Shown in pieces: positions 50,477 through 61,037 of a stretch of DNA of 64,000 nucleotides. The notes under the pieces were generated by a model. The model searched no databases. It was not told the DNA's origin and saw only the letters and a program-made list of their open reading frames with translations. The stretch is taken from positions 1,240,001 to 1,304,000 of the forward strand of contig CM074821.1 of assembly GCA_037447605.1 (NCBI GenBank), given 5' to 3'. Each line of letters begins with the position of its first letter. The first letter of the stretch is position 1. The translations under genes and the position numbers were made by a program. Source of the stretch: Zygnema circumcarinatum SAG 698-1b (taxonomy: Eukaryota; Plantae; Zygnematophyceae).

Positions 50477-51191
50477 GCACGATCCCTTGGTGCTGTTTGG
50501 CTCTGAACGGGCCCTCAAAGAGCATCAAATTGAATTGGTGGAGTTCGAGTACCACTCCATTGTGCATTGGCATGAGTTTCGGCTCCAAGACGTGGTGGAA
50601 TGGTTTGATTCGCTCGGCTATGATTGCTTCCTTGAGCTCTGGCAAGGTTAGACTCTGCCTCAAGAAGGCTCGTTTCTTCCTCTGTCTCCCTACATTCCTC
50701 CACCACTTCTTTTCCTTCCTCTTCCCCCCCTTTCCTCTTTCATGTGCACGCTCTTTTGCTTCGCCATTGACATTCTTCTTTTTCCCTCTCCATTTCAGCG
50801 TGTCCCCTCTCTCTGTACCCTCTTTCTTTTTTCTACCATCCTTCTCTTCACGCTTGCTTTCTGCTGCCAGATCCTTTTCTGGATTTCTACCTACCGTTAT
50901 TCTTTCCTTCCTTCCCTGCCCTTCCGTATCCGTTCTGCTTCTTGTGGAACCTGCATATTCTTTAAAGCCCGTGGTCGCTCTCCATCCTGACCTTTGTAAA
51001 GTAGTTGGCTGTTAATGCGTTGGATGTGTTTCTTTGCAGATAATGAAACGATAAACACTATCATATGCCTCACCGGTTGTTGGGACAACGCTTTTGAAAT
51101 CCGCTCATGGTCCAATGTGGTGTGTTCGAGCCGAAGAAACGCCAAACTTACGAAATTTATTCGCAGTAAATGCACATGGCGCGGAGTGTAA
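50477..51191 (+). CDS. FkbM-family (Methyltransf_21) SAM-dependent methyltransferase, last two exons only
   Basis: Exons 50477-50646 and 51040-51191 splice in phase to (G)HDPLVLFGSERALKEHQIELVEFEYHSIVHWHEFRLQDVVEWFDSLGYDCF..ICLTGCWDNAFEIRSWSNVVC..stop. This resembles the FkbM C-terminal half following IDTEG (from memory). A candidate first exon is 49249-49330; the middle exons are not found. Confidence 0.7.
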
Positions 51192-52358
51192 TGAGAAAGG
51201 AGCGGCGCCGGCGGCTTTGCAAGCACATGCACGTGTTCCGTACATTGCCTACGTGATGCTCGTCACGCGGAATGAGTGCATGCAAGCACCATAATACCAA
51301 CCAGAATAAGTTCGAAGTCATGTGGATAACATCTTAAAAAAAAAAAAACTGATTTGGCGATGGTCAAGGTCTGCCTCCATGTGCTTGCTCTGAATGATGC
51401 GCATGCCGATCGTCACTATGGCGCCGCCACGCACATAGCTTCAAAAGTACCAACAAGTGGAACATGAGAACCAACTTGCAACCGCCCTCGAACTGCCTAG
51501 GAAGGACCGTACGGAACGAGCCCCCCGTTCTCCTATGGCCTAGGGCCTAGAGGCCCGCCGGAAATCCATGAGAGTGAACCAGGAACACCCTTCCAATCAC
51601 GGCTCGCCACGCAGGACAATGGCAGCTTTCGATTGGCGGAGGCACTCAACGGAAGCCTAGAACCTTCTAGGTCCGAAACCACGAGGGGTGGGCCCGTCGG
51701 AGAAAAAAACTGGGATGGCATTTTGCCGTTCCCGCTGCTTCAGTTTTTTGAAATTGCCAAAGCGACGAATGTGATGACTTGAAAACATGAACAACCGGTT
51801 GACATGAAAAAGTGAACCGGAAACACAAAAAAAAAACAGATGACATGAAGCAGGTGAACAGGTAGAGAGGCTGTCTGTTACGGACGAAAGGCGGAGGCTT
51901 ACAGGCAGGGGAAAAGCCCCTTAAGAAGAGAGAAAGAGTGACAAGAAGAAGCCGAAAACCAGGTCAAAAGGAAATCACGGAAAGGGACATTATGTGCCTC
52001 GAAGTTTTAGGGATTTCAGGGTTTCAAACCCTAAAACCCTAAGGCTGTTTCGCGTGCCTTTATTTCGCTGCGAGAATGTTGCCGCCTCTCCTCCCTCACA
52101 TGAGGCAGCATTCGGCGAAGGCTGACTATTGATATTGGTACAACTAAAGGGAATACTGCTATTTTATACACTTGCAAACTCGAGCCTAGCATAGAAGGCA
52201 TTAATAAGAGTTTGGAATATAGTCTAATCCGCTTGTCTGTCTCTGTCACTTGCTCAATAAACGCACAAGACAAAGCGCTTGAAGATTCAAAAGTCAGTGC
52301 ATCGATTAGTTTATACCTCCTTATTTAAAAAAGTCTACTTTAATAGTTTAAGTGAAGG

Positions 52359-54539
52359 TTAGTCGCAGCAGCTCTCGTCTCCTTGCTGCACCTTCTCCCA
52401 TAAGCAGAGCATCCGGCGCGGGTTCTGGTAGTGAGCTGTAATGAAGTTTTCCATGCAGCCGAACTGGCAGAACCGCCAGTTGTGAACGTAATTTACAGTT
52501 TGGTTGATGCTGTATTGCACCACCCATATGCCAACTGTCACATCTTCCATTTTGTAGATCTGCAAAGACCATAAAAAAAGGACCCATTTCAGGCTTCTAT
52601 CAAAGCTGTTGCAGTCATATCTTTACACATGTAACAAGAATAAGCGGCTGATAAACTGGAGAACTGAAAAGGGTGGAAAACCAACGAGTGTTTTCAGAAG
52701 GAGTCAAGAGGAGGAGGCAAGCGAAAAGTACCCGTAATTGGTCCATCTTTTTCAAGCGAACTATGAATTCCACTATGTCTCGACTGAGAATGTATCCCGG
52801 CCCGTTCGCATAGGGAGGGTAGGGCTTGTTCGGCCACTCCTGCATCCCAAAGCTCCAACAATCTCAACATTTGACGAAAAGAAATCCGAAGAAATAAACG
52901 CTACAAAAATCACAACCGAGACCCCTAAAATATACAGAGCAGCAAAAAGTTGACCCAGGAAACCCTAAAAGAATATGTCTGCAAGCCCCCCCTCACCTCC
53001 AGTGTGACTGCCCATTTCCCTTCACGCTGCGGATAGTGCCCCCTGTTGATGTTGCCCATGTAAAGACTGTTCTTGAAATTCACATATTTTATGTTCTCAA
53101 GAACGCGATCTAAGTGCACGAAATTGTCATCATCGACCTTGATGACGTACTTCGCTTGCGTGTGCTCCAACTGCAGGCATCGTTTGAACAAGAGGGGGGG
53201 GGGGGGGGGTAAAACATAAAGAGGAGCTAAAATATGGGAGGGTTACATCTCCAAGTTCAGGAATTTGAAGTATGAAAGCTCCGCACTGAGGGAAAGCTGA
53301 AATCCTTTACATGCAGAACCATGCATGAGTTCTCTTATAACTTGCACCTGCAGGTGCAGAACTTCCTGCGTCAAGCTGCAGGCCAATGACCTAGCTGAAA
53401 TGTAACGAAACATCATCTGTAACACTTTACTGCAGCATCAGTGATCCCATCATCGCGTCCTTGATGAAGTCACGCAAAAAGGAATGCTGCTTCAGAGAAA
53501 GAACTTACAGCCCATTCGCAGAGCGCATAGCTCTTTAAAACCACCAAGGCGTAGTCATCGATGAACGGCAGCACCACCATGTCTTGGAAGTACTCCCTCT
53601 CCTTTAGGGTCTCCACATTGACCTGTTTGCTGGAATGCTATTGCCCTCCAAACATCGCGATATTCCACCAAAATCAAGCACTAAATATACAATATAAGCG
53701 CAATCACAGTTGCAAGGGGGTCTTTTATTATCTAGTTATACTCAAGAATATGACTATGCATTCAAAATACAATACATTCGACGTACAATGATATCGCCAA
53801 CGTGTCAAGCTGCTCTGCTTCAGGAACATCAGGATCACTCACACGACTCACGGAAGGAATCCTAAAGTCTATTGCAGACTGAATCTTACCAAACCGATAA
53901 AGAAGCGTGCAGTAACATCTCCCGAGCGAATCAAAGGATATTGCATCCATGTTTCCCGCACCGCCATGCGCGCGTCAAAGTAAGTGCTCGCCGAGAGAAT
54001 GCCAATGAAAAGCTCCGAGGGGCCCTCCTTGATGGGAGGGGCCTTGAGGTGATCTGACTGTAAAGGAGTTGCCCTTTCCGCAGGAGGGTGCAGCGGAAGG
54101 GACACTCCAACCAAAGAGGAAAAAACGATGTCCCCGTCGTAGTGAAAGCTCGCAGCCTCCTCCGTAACATAGCCCTGCAAGCGATTGCTTTGTGAAGGTC
54201 AATTGAGCATGAACGCCCGCTTCTGAAGTAACGCTAGATATCCATGTCTGTTATCTGAATTGGAAGAGCTCAATCAACATTTGATGCAGGTTTGTGTGAA
54301 AGACTGACTGCGCGGTACGGGAAGGAGAGGACGTGCAGGCCGTCGACGGAGACATGGAAGCCTTGGAAGCCCGCGCGCAGAGTGAGCACGAAGGCGCGGT
54401 CGGCGCGCAGCGGGAACAGGCCCAGAGGCGCGCTGCTGCGGGCCGAGCGCTGCACCCACGCGGAGGGCTTCCCCTTGAAGGCGTCGGCTCGCGCCCAGCC
54501 CTCGCACTGCGGCAGACCGTCCACTGCAATGGATGCATG

Positions 54540-54586
<47 letters not shown>

Positions 54587-55832
54587 GGGGGAGGGGGGGG
54601 GGGGNNNNNNNNNNTGCATGAGTTCTCTTATAACTTGCACCTGCAGGTGCAGAACTTCCTGCGTCAAGCTGCAGGCCAATGACCTAGCTGAAATGTAACG
54701 AAACATCATCTGTAACACTTTACTGCAGCATCAGTGATCCCATCATCGCGTCCTTGATGAAGTCACGCAAAAAGGAATGCTGCTTCAGAGAAAGAACTTA
54801 CAGCCCATTCGCAGAGCGCATAGCTCTTTAAAACCACCAAGGCGTAGTCATCGATGAACGGCAGCACCACCATGTCTTGGAAGTACTCCCTCTCCTTTAG
54901 GGTCTCCACATTGACCTGTTTGCTGGAATGCTATTGCCCTCCAAACATCGCGATATTCCACCAAAATCAAGCACTAAATATACAATATAAGCGCAATCAC
55001 AGTTGCAAGGGGGTCTTTTATTATCTAGTTATACTCAAGAATATGACTATGCATTCAAAATACAATACATTCGACGTACAATGATATCGCCAACGTGTCA
55101 AGCTGCTCTGCTTCAGGAACATCAGGATCACTCACACGACTCACGGAAGGAATCCTAAAGTCTATTGCAGACTGAATCTTACCAAACCGATAAAGAAGCG
55201 TGCAGTAACATCTCCCGAGCGAATCAAAGGATATTGCATCCATGTTTCCCGCACCGCCATGCGCGCGTCAAAGTAAGTGCTCGCCGAGAGAATGCCAATG
55301 AAAAGCTCCGAGGGGCCCTCCTTGATGGGAGGGGCCTTGAGGTGATCTGACTGTAAAGGAGTTGCCCTTTCCGCAGGAGGGTGCAGCGGAAGGGACACTC
55401 CAACCAAAGAGGAAAAAACGATGTCCCCGTCGTAGTGAAAGCTCGCAGCCTCCTCCGTAACATAGCCCTGCAAGCGATTGCTTTGTGAAGGTCAATTGAG
55501 CATGAACGCCCGCTTCTGAAGTAACGCTAGATATCCATGTCTGTTATCTGAATTGGAAGAGCTCAATCAACATTTGATGCAGGTTTGTGTGAAAGACTGA
55601 CTGCGCGGTACGGGAAGGAGAGGACGTGCAGGCCGTCGACGGAGACATGGAAGCCTTGGAAGCCCGCGCGCAGAGTGAGCACGAAGGCGCGGTCGGCGCG
55701 CAGCGGGAACAGGCCCAGAGGCGCGCTGCTGCGGGCCGAGCGCTGCACCCACGCGGAGGGCTTCCCCTTGAAGGCGTCGGCTCGCGCCCAGCCCTCGCAC
55801 TGCGGCAGACCGTCCACTGCAATGGATGCATG

Positions 55833-55879
<47 letters not shown>

Positions 55880-58800
55880 GGGGGAGGGGGGGGGGGGAGG
55901 GCACAAATTCAGATATTAGAATAGGGGTTTTTGGAGGTTAAAAACAAGAACATACTCTGAAGGGCAAGTAGAAAGGATAAGAACATGCTGTTCAGGATGT
56001 TTGTTTAGGATGCGGCATTGATCTCACGATGGCGATGATGCCATCAAATGTACATGGAAAAAACCATCATCAAGGGGAACCACGAGCACGCGGTCTCCAG
56101 AGTGCAACGTGATCGCAAGTCATTCGTCGCATGGACGTCGCACTATGGGGATCATAGTTTTTGTCCCACATCGCATGTACGCACAAACGTCGCACTATGG
56201 GCAGCATGTCGCACCATGGACGCGAAAGTAAGGCACCAGTCGCATGTCTTTCAACTTCGCTCACTACTACCAGCTGTGAAGGAGAACAGAACACGCGCCT
56301 CCAGCCGTGCATATCAAACCCTAGTTTCAGACGGTGCTGCCATAGAGAAGCCGAGCGGCATGAGACCCACCCTTGGCCGTTTCGTCGTCCGAGGCGGTTC
56401 CCTCGCAGCGCTGCGCAGCGCCCCACCGCCCATCATCGCCGCCGGCCGCAGAAGAAGAAGAAGGAGAAGAATAAGAAGAAGAAGAAGAAGAAAAAGTGGA
56501 AGACATGGCGTTACATTCTATGGCGCCCCCCTCACTGCGCAGCACCGCGCGAAGGCGCAGGATCACGGGGGGGGACTCGCCCTCCCCAATTGGCAGACCC
56601 TGAGGCAGGCAGGCAGGCAGGCAGCCCCCCATGGAAGCGTGTCAGGCACAGCCTCAGTGCATGCAAGCATGCATGCATTGGAAAAGCATGTCGAGCCACA
56701 TGCTGAGCATCCTACGACTGTGCATGCATCACAATTTTTTATTTCTTACCATACTTGAGCTTCTAAATTCTGTGCGTGCATTACAGAAAATCTGAAGAAG
56801 AAGGCACATAAAACTCCGCAGTGTCCTCACCTTCAGGTCCAAAGTAAAGCCCACTTCATCATTTCCATTTCTTGAGATGAGCCCCGTGAAAGTGAAAGAC
56901 GAGCCCTTAGCCAGTCCGCAAGGCAGCGGCACCCCTCCCTCCGCCGCCTGAAGGTCCGCCCTGGAGAGCACCATGGCCTGCTGGCAGAGGTCGAGCTTCT
57001 CGTCCGCCGCGAGCGCGTGTCGGTCCCAGACCTCCCCTCGCGCCGCCAGCATCGCCCGCTCCTCCTCCGCCTCCTTGATGGCGGCGGCCCCCAACGCCCC
57101 CGCCTGCGCCGCAAGGGCGTCGATAGCCAGCGGGGGAGCGCCGCCCTCCTGCGCCCCTTTGGCCGCCTCGCCGCCCTCCGCTCTCTTTGGGGCCTTCTCA
57201 CTCGCGGCGAGCACAGGCACAGGCACGGGCACGGCATTGGGCAGATTGGAAGCTCGTAATGGGCTGGGGTCACTCGCACTGCACAGTTCGGAAAAGCAGC
57301 GGTGACTTGTCAGAGAAAGGGGAGGGGGGAGACAGGGAGGGAGTTGGGGGGGGAGAGAGCAAGAGAGTGAGAGAAAGAAAGTGACAGAGAAAAGAGAAGA
57401 GGAGGGGGAGAGAGAGAGGGAGAGAGAGAGAATAAGGGAGGGAGGGGAGGAGAGCGAGCGAGGGAGAGGACGAGAGCGAGGGCGAGGGCGAGGGCGAGGG
57501 GGATGGGGAGGGGGAGGGGGAGCGGGAGGGGGAGGGCGAGGGAGGAGGGGAAGGAGAGGGAGAGGGAGAGGGAGAGAGAGCGAGGGCGAGGGGGCGAGGG
57601 AGAGAGAGAGTGAGAGGGAGATAACGAAAAAGAGGGAGAGGGAGAGAGAGAGGGAGAGGGAGAGGGAGAGGGAGAGAGAGCGAGGGCGAGGGAGAGAGAG
57701 AGGGAGAGGGAGATAAAGAAGAAGAGGGAGAGGGAGATAAAGAAGAAGAGGGAGAGGGAGATAAAGAAGAAGAGGGAGAGGGAGAGAGAGATGGAGAGGG
57801 CGAGGGAGAGGGAGATGGAGAGGGAGAGGGAGAGAAAGAGGGAGAGGGAGAAAGAGAAGAAGAGGGAGATGGAGAGGGAGAGGGAGAGGAGAGGGAGAGG
57901 AGAGGAGAGGGAGAGGAGAGGAGGGGGAGAGGAGAGGGAGAGGAGAGGAGAGGGAGAGGGAGAGGAGAGGGAGAGGGAGAGGGAGAGGGAGAGGGAGAGG
58001 GAGAGGAGAGGGAGAGGGAGAGGGAGAGGGAGGGAGGGGGGAGGGGAGGGGAGGGAGAGGGAGAGGAGAGGAGAGGGAGAGGAGAGGGAACGGGAGAGGG
58101 AGAGGGAGGAGAGGGAGAGGGAGAGGGAGAGGAGAGGAGGAGGGAGAGGGAGAGGGAGAGGAGAGTGGCAGTGGAGAGGGAGAGGGAGAGTATAGTGAAG
58201 GAGGGAGAGGGAGAGGAGAGGAGAGGAGAGGGAGAGGGAGTGGAGCGGAGGGGAGGGGAGAGGGAGAGGGAGAGGGAGAGGGAGAGGAGAGGAACGGGAG
58301 AGGGAGAGGGAGAGGGAGAGAGGAGAGGAGAGGGAGAGGGAGAGGGAGAGGGGTGGGAGGAGGAGAGGAGAGGAGAGGGAGAGGGAGGTAAGCGAGGGGA
58401 GAGGGAGAGGGAGAGGAGGGAGAGGGAGAGGAGAGGGAGAGAGAGGGAGAGGGAGAGGAGAGGGAGAGGAGAGGAGAGGGAGGGAGGGGAGGAGAAAGAG
58501 GGAGAGGAGAGGGAGAGGAGAGGGAGAGGGAGAGGGAGAGGAGAGGGAGAGGGAGGGGAGGGAGGGAGTGGGAGGGGAGAGAGGGAGAGGAGAGGGAGAG
58601 GGAGAGGAGAGGAAACCGGGAGAGGGAGAGGGAGAGGGGAGGAGGAGAGGAGAGGGAGAGGGAGAGGGAGAGGGAGAGGAGAGGGAGAGGGAGAGGGAGG
58701 GGGAGCGGAGGGGGAGAGGGAGAGGGAGAGGAGAGGGAGAGGGAGAGGGAGAGGGAGAGGGAGGAGAGGAGAGGAGGGAGAGGGAGAGGGAGAGGGAGGA

Positions 58801-59668
58801 GGGAGAGGAGAGGGAGAGGGAGGAAAGAGGGAGGGAGGGAGAGGAGAGGAGAGGGAGAGGGAGAGGGAGAGGAGAGGGAGGGAGGAGAGGGAGTGGGAGT
58901 GGGAGGGGAGGGGAGTGGAGAGGGAGAGGAGAGGGAGAGGGAGAGGAGAGGAACGGAGAGGGAGAGGGAGAGGAGAGGGAGAGGGAGAGGAGAGGGAGAG
59001 GGAGAGGGAGAGGGAGGAGGGAGAGGAGAGGGAGGGGGGAGCGGAGGGGGAGAGGGAGAGGAGAGGGAGAGGGAGAGGAGAGGGAGAGGGAGAGGAGAGG
59101 GAGAGGGAGAGTGGAGAGTGGAGAGGGAGAGGGAGAGGGGGAGAGGAGAGGGAGAGGAGGAGAGGGAGAGGGAGAGGGAGAGGGAGGGAGAGGAGAGGGA
59201 GAGGGAGAGGGAGAGGGAGAGTGAGGAGGAGTGGAGAGGGAGAGGGAGAGGGAGAGGAGAGGGAGGTGTAGAGGAGAGGGAGAGGGAGAGAGAGTGAGAT
59301 TGAGGGAGAGTGAGAGAGAGGAAGGGACTGCCATGTGACTCATATGAATGGTAGACGAATGTAGTCGGTTTTCTTTAGAACATTCAGAAGTGGAACGTTT
59401 TTTCCCTCTCCATGGAAAAAACCGTCTGACCTCAAACGCGTCAATTGACGCCAGTAACGCTCTTGAAGCTCTTTACAATGTCTCTTTGAGCGCCTCCATC
59501 ATCAACGAGCGTTAACAAGCAACAACATCGGGGAAAGTTTCTTTCTGAGTTCACTGACCTTATTTGTGAAGCGGAGGCCCCGGAGGCGGCCGAGACAATG
59601 AGAAGGATAGAAGTGAAAAGGTTGACAGTAAAACCGCAAATCTGTGGGAATTTACTTTTTAGCACCAT
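52359..59668 (-). CDS. GALT: Galectin-domain GT31 galactosyltransferase, copy R
   Basis: Same 9-exon layout as copy L (exon 1 59668-59559, exon 2 57278-56831, last exon ends TAA at 52359). DDD motif is intact and no stops were seen in exons. Differences from L include [12 protein letters not shown] vs [12 protein letters not shown] and GNINRG vs GNMNRG. Confidence 0.92.
53322..55897. other. Apparent 1293-bp direct duplication across a 10-N gap (probable unmerged contig overlap)
   Basis: 53322-54604 is repeated at 54615-~55897. Translations are identical, and the units end in a GA/poly-G tract next to the gap. Confidence 0.75.
57320..59335. repeat. ~2-kb (GAGAGG)n-type homopurine tract in intron 1 of GALT copy R
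   Basis: Near purine-only on the plus strand. The equivalent tract in copy L (29790-30270) is only ~0.5 kb as assembled. Confidence 0.92.
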
Positions 59669-59955
59669 CCTCACCGAGAATTCGGCTGACAGGTCTGATT
59701 CTGAAATTTGATGGAAGCTAAAGAAGCAGAGCAGGCTTGGCTTGTGGAGGATTTCGGCTAGCGGAGTACTGATTTAATTACTGATAGATGTAAGGGAATG
59801 GCTAAGCTTCTGGATGAAGGAGCGTCTTTGTGTACAAAATCGTGGAAATTCCGAAAATATGAGACAATTTCTGAATTTTTTTTCACAGATAACTTGCTCA
59901 AGTAGAGGGTGAATCAGGATAATCAATGCTTCTTTGACCTTTCAAGGTTTGTAAA

Positions 59956-59982
59956 GATAGACAGATAGATAGATAGATAGAC

Positions 59983-60058
<76 letters not shown>

Positions 60059-60074
60059 GGATAGATAGATAGAT
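59956..60074. repeat. (GATA)n microsatellite upstream of GALT copy R
   Basis: ~120 bp of GATA/GACA units. Copy L has only ATCTATCAATCT at the matching site (~29150). Confidence 0.95.
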
Positions 60075-61037
60075 ATAATTTACTTCGTCTATACAAAAAG
60101 GTAATTTCTTCTTTGAGGGAGCGAGAGCGGGAGCGGCAGTGCCTGCCTGCCCGCCTCCTTCTCCACGCAAGTCCTCCCTTCGCTAATTTCGCCCCCCCGG
60201 CGACACGAGGGGCCGCCGTCCGCCGCCCGGGGGAGGGCGGGGCGGGCTCTGACACGTGGCCGCGGCATGGCCGTGGTATTTCCGTACGAAGGGCGTACGG
60301 AAATGATGTCGCCAAAAAGTCGGTGGCCGCGCCGGCGGCTGCCGCGGCCGACTTTTAAGGACGCTGGCGCCTGCCGGCCGGCATCCCAAGCTTCCAGCTG
60401 GCATCTTATGTCTTTGAGACCGACATTTTGACCCACCGACCTCCTTTAGCCAATCACGACCCTTCTTTTTTGCCACGACTCTTCTTTTCTTTTCTTTCTG
60501 ACAAAGTCCGTTGACCATTCAAATACCAGAATCGGATCTTTAGAGTCCGTACATACCAAATGTCCCAAAACAGTACCGCTTCCCCCCGGCCCGTTTTGCG
60601 GTAACGCGTGTCCGGTCCTGCCGGTGGGCGGCAGGACCTCGCGCAGGCTGGCAGCCAGAGCGAGGACCGTACGGTGCCGTACAGCTGCAGGTGGAGGCTT
60701 GGAGCAAGGAGGCCCGCGAAGTACAGTAAACGAAGTCAACGAGGGCGTGCGTTGACCAGGGGGCGGGCAGGCGCTGCTGGAAAGGGAGGGAGGGAGGGAG
60801 GGAGGGAGAGAGAGAGAGAGACCAGGAGCCGCCGCCCGACAGCCGGGCCGGGCCGGGTTGGGAATCATCCAGTCCCGGTCTGGCTAGACTCACTGCCGCT
60901 CCCGCTCCCGCTCTCGCACTCGCTCCCTCAAAGAAGGAATTATCTTTTAGTATAGACGAAGTAAGTTTTATCTATCGTTGTACGGCACGTCGGGGTGAGT
61001 CCGAGGAGGACGGAGCCCGGCGGGCGAAGCTGTTCCC

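Noticed and set aside
53322-55897. Real internal tandem duplication of GALT-R exons 4-6
   Set aside because: Same signature: identical 1293-bp unit across a 10-N gap.
57310-59343. 677-aa and 368-aa ORFs
   Set aside because: These are translations of the GA/CT homopurine tract in GALT intron 1. The same applies to 28462-29361, 29769-30326, 20143-20872 and 40835-41878.
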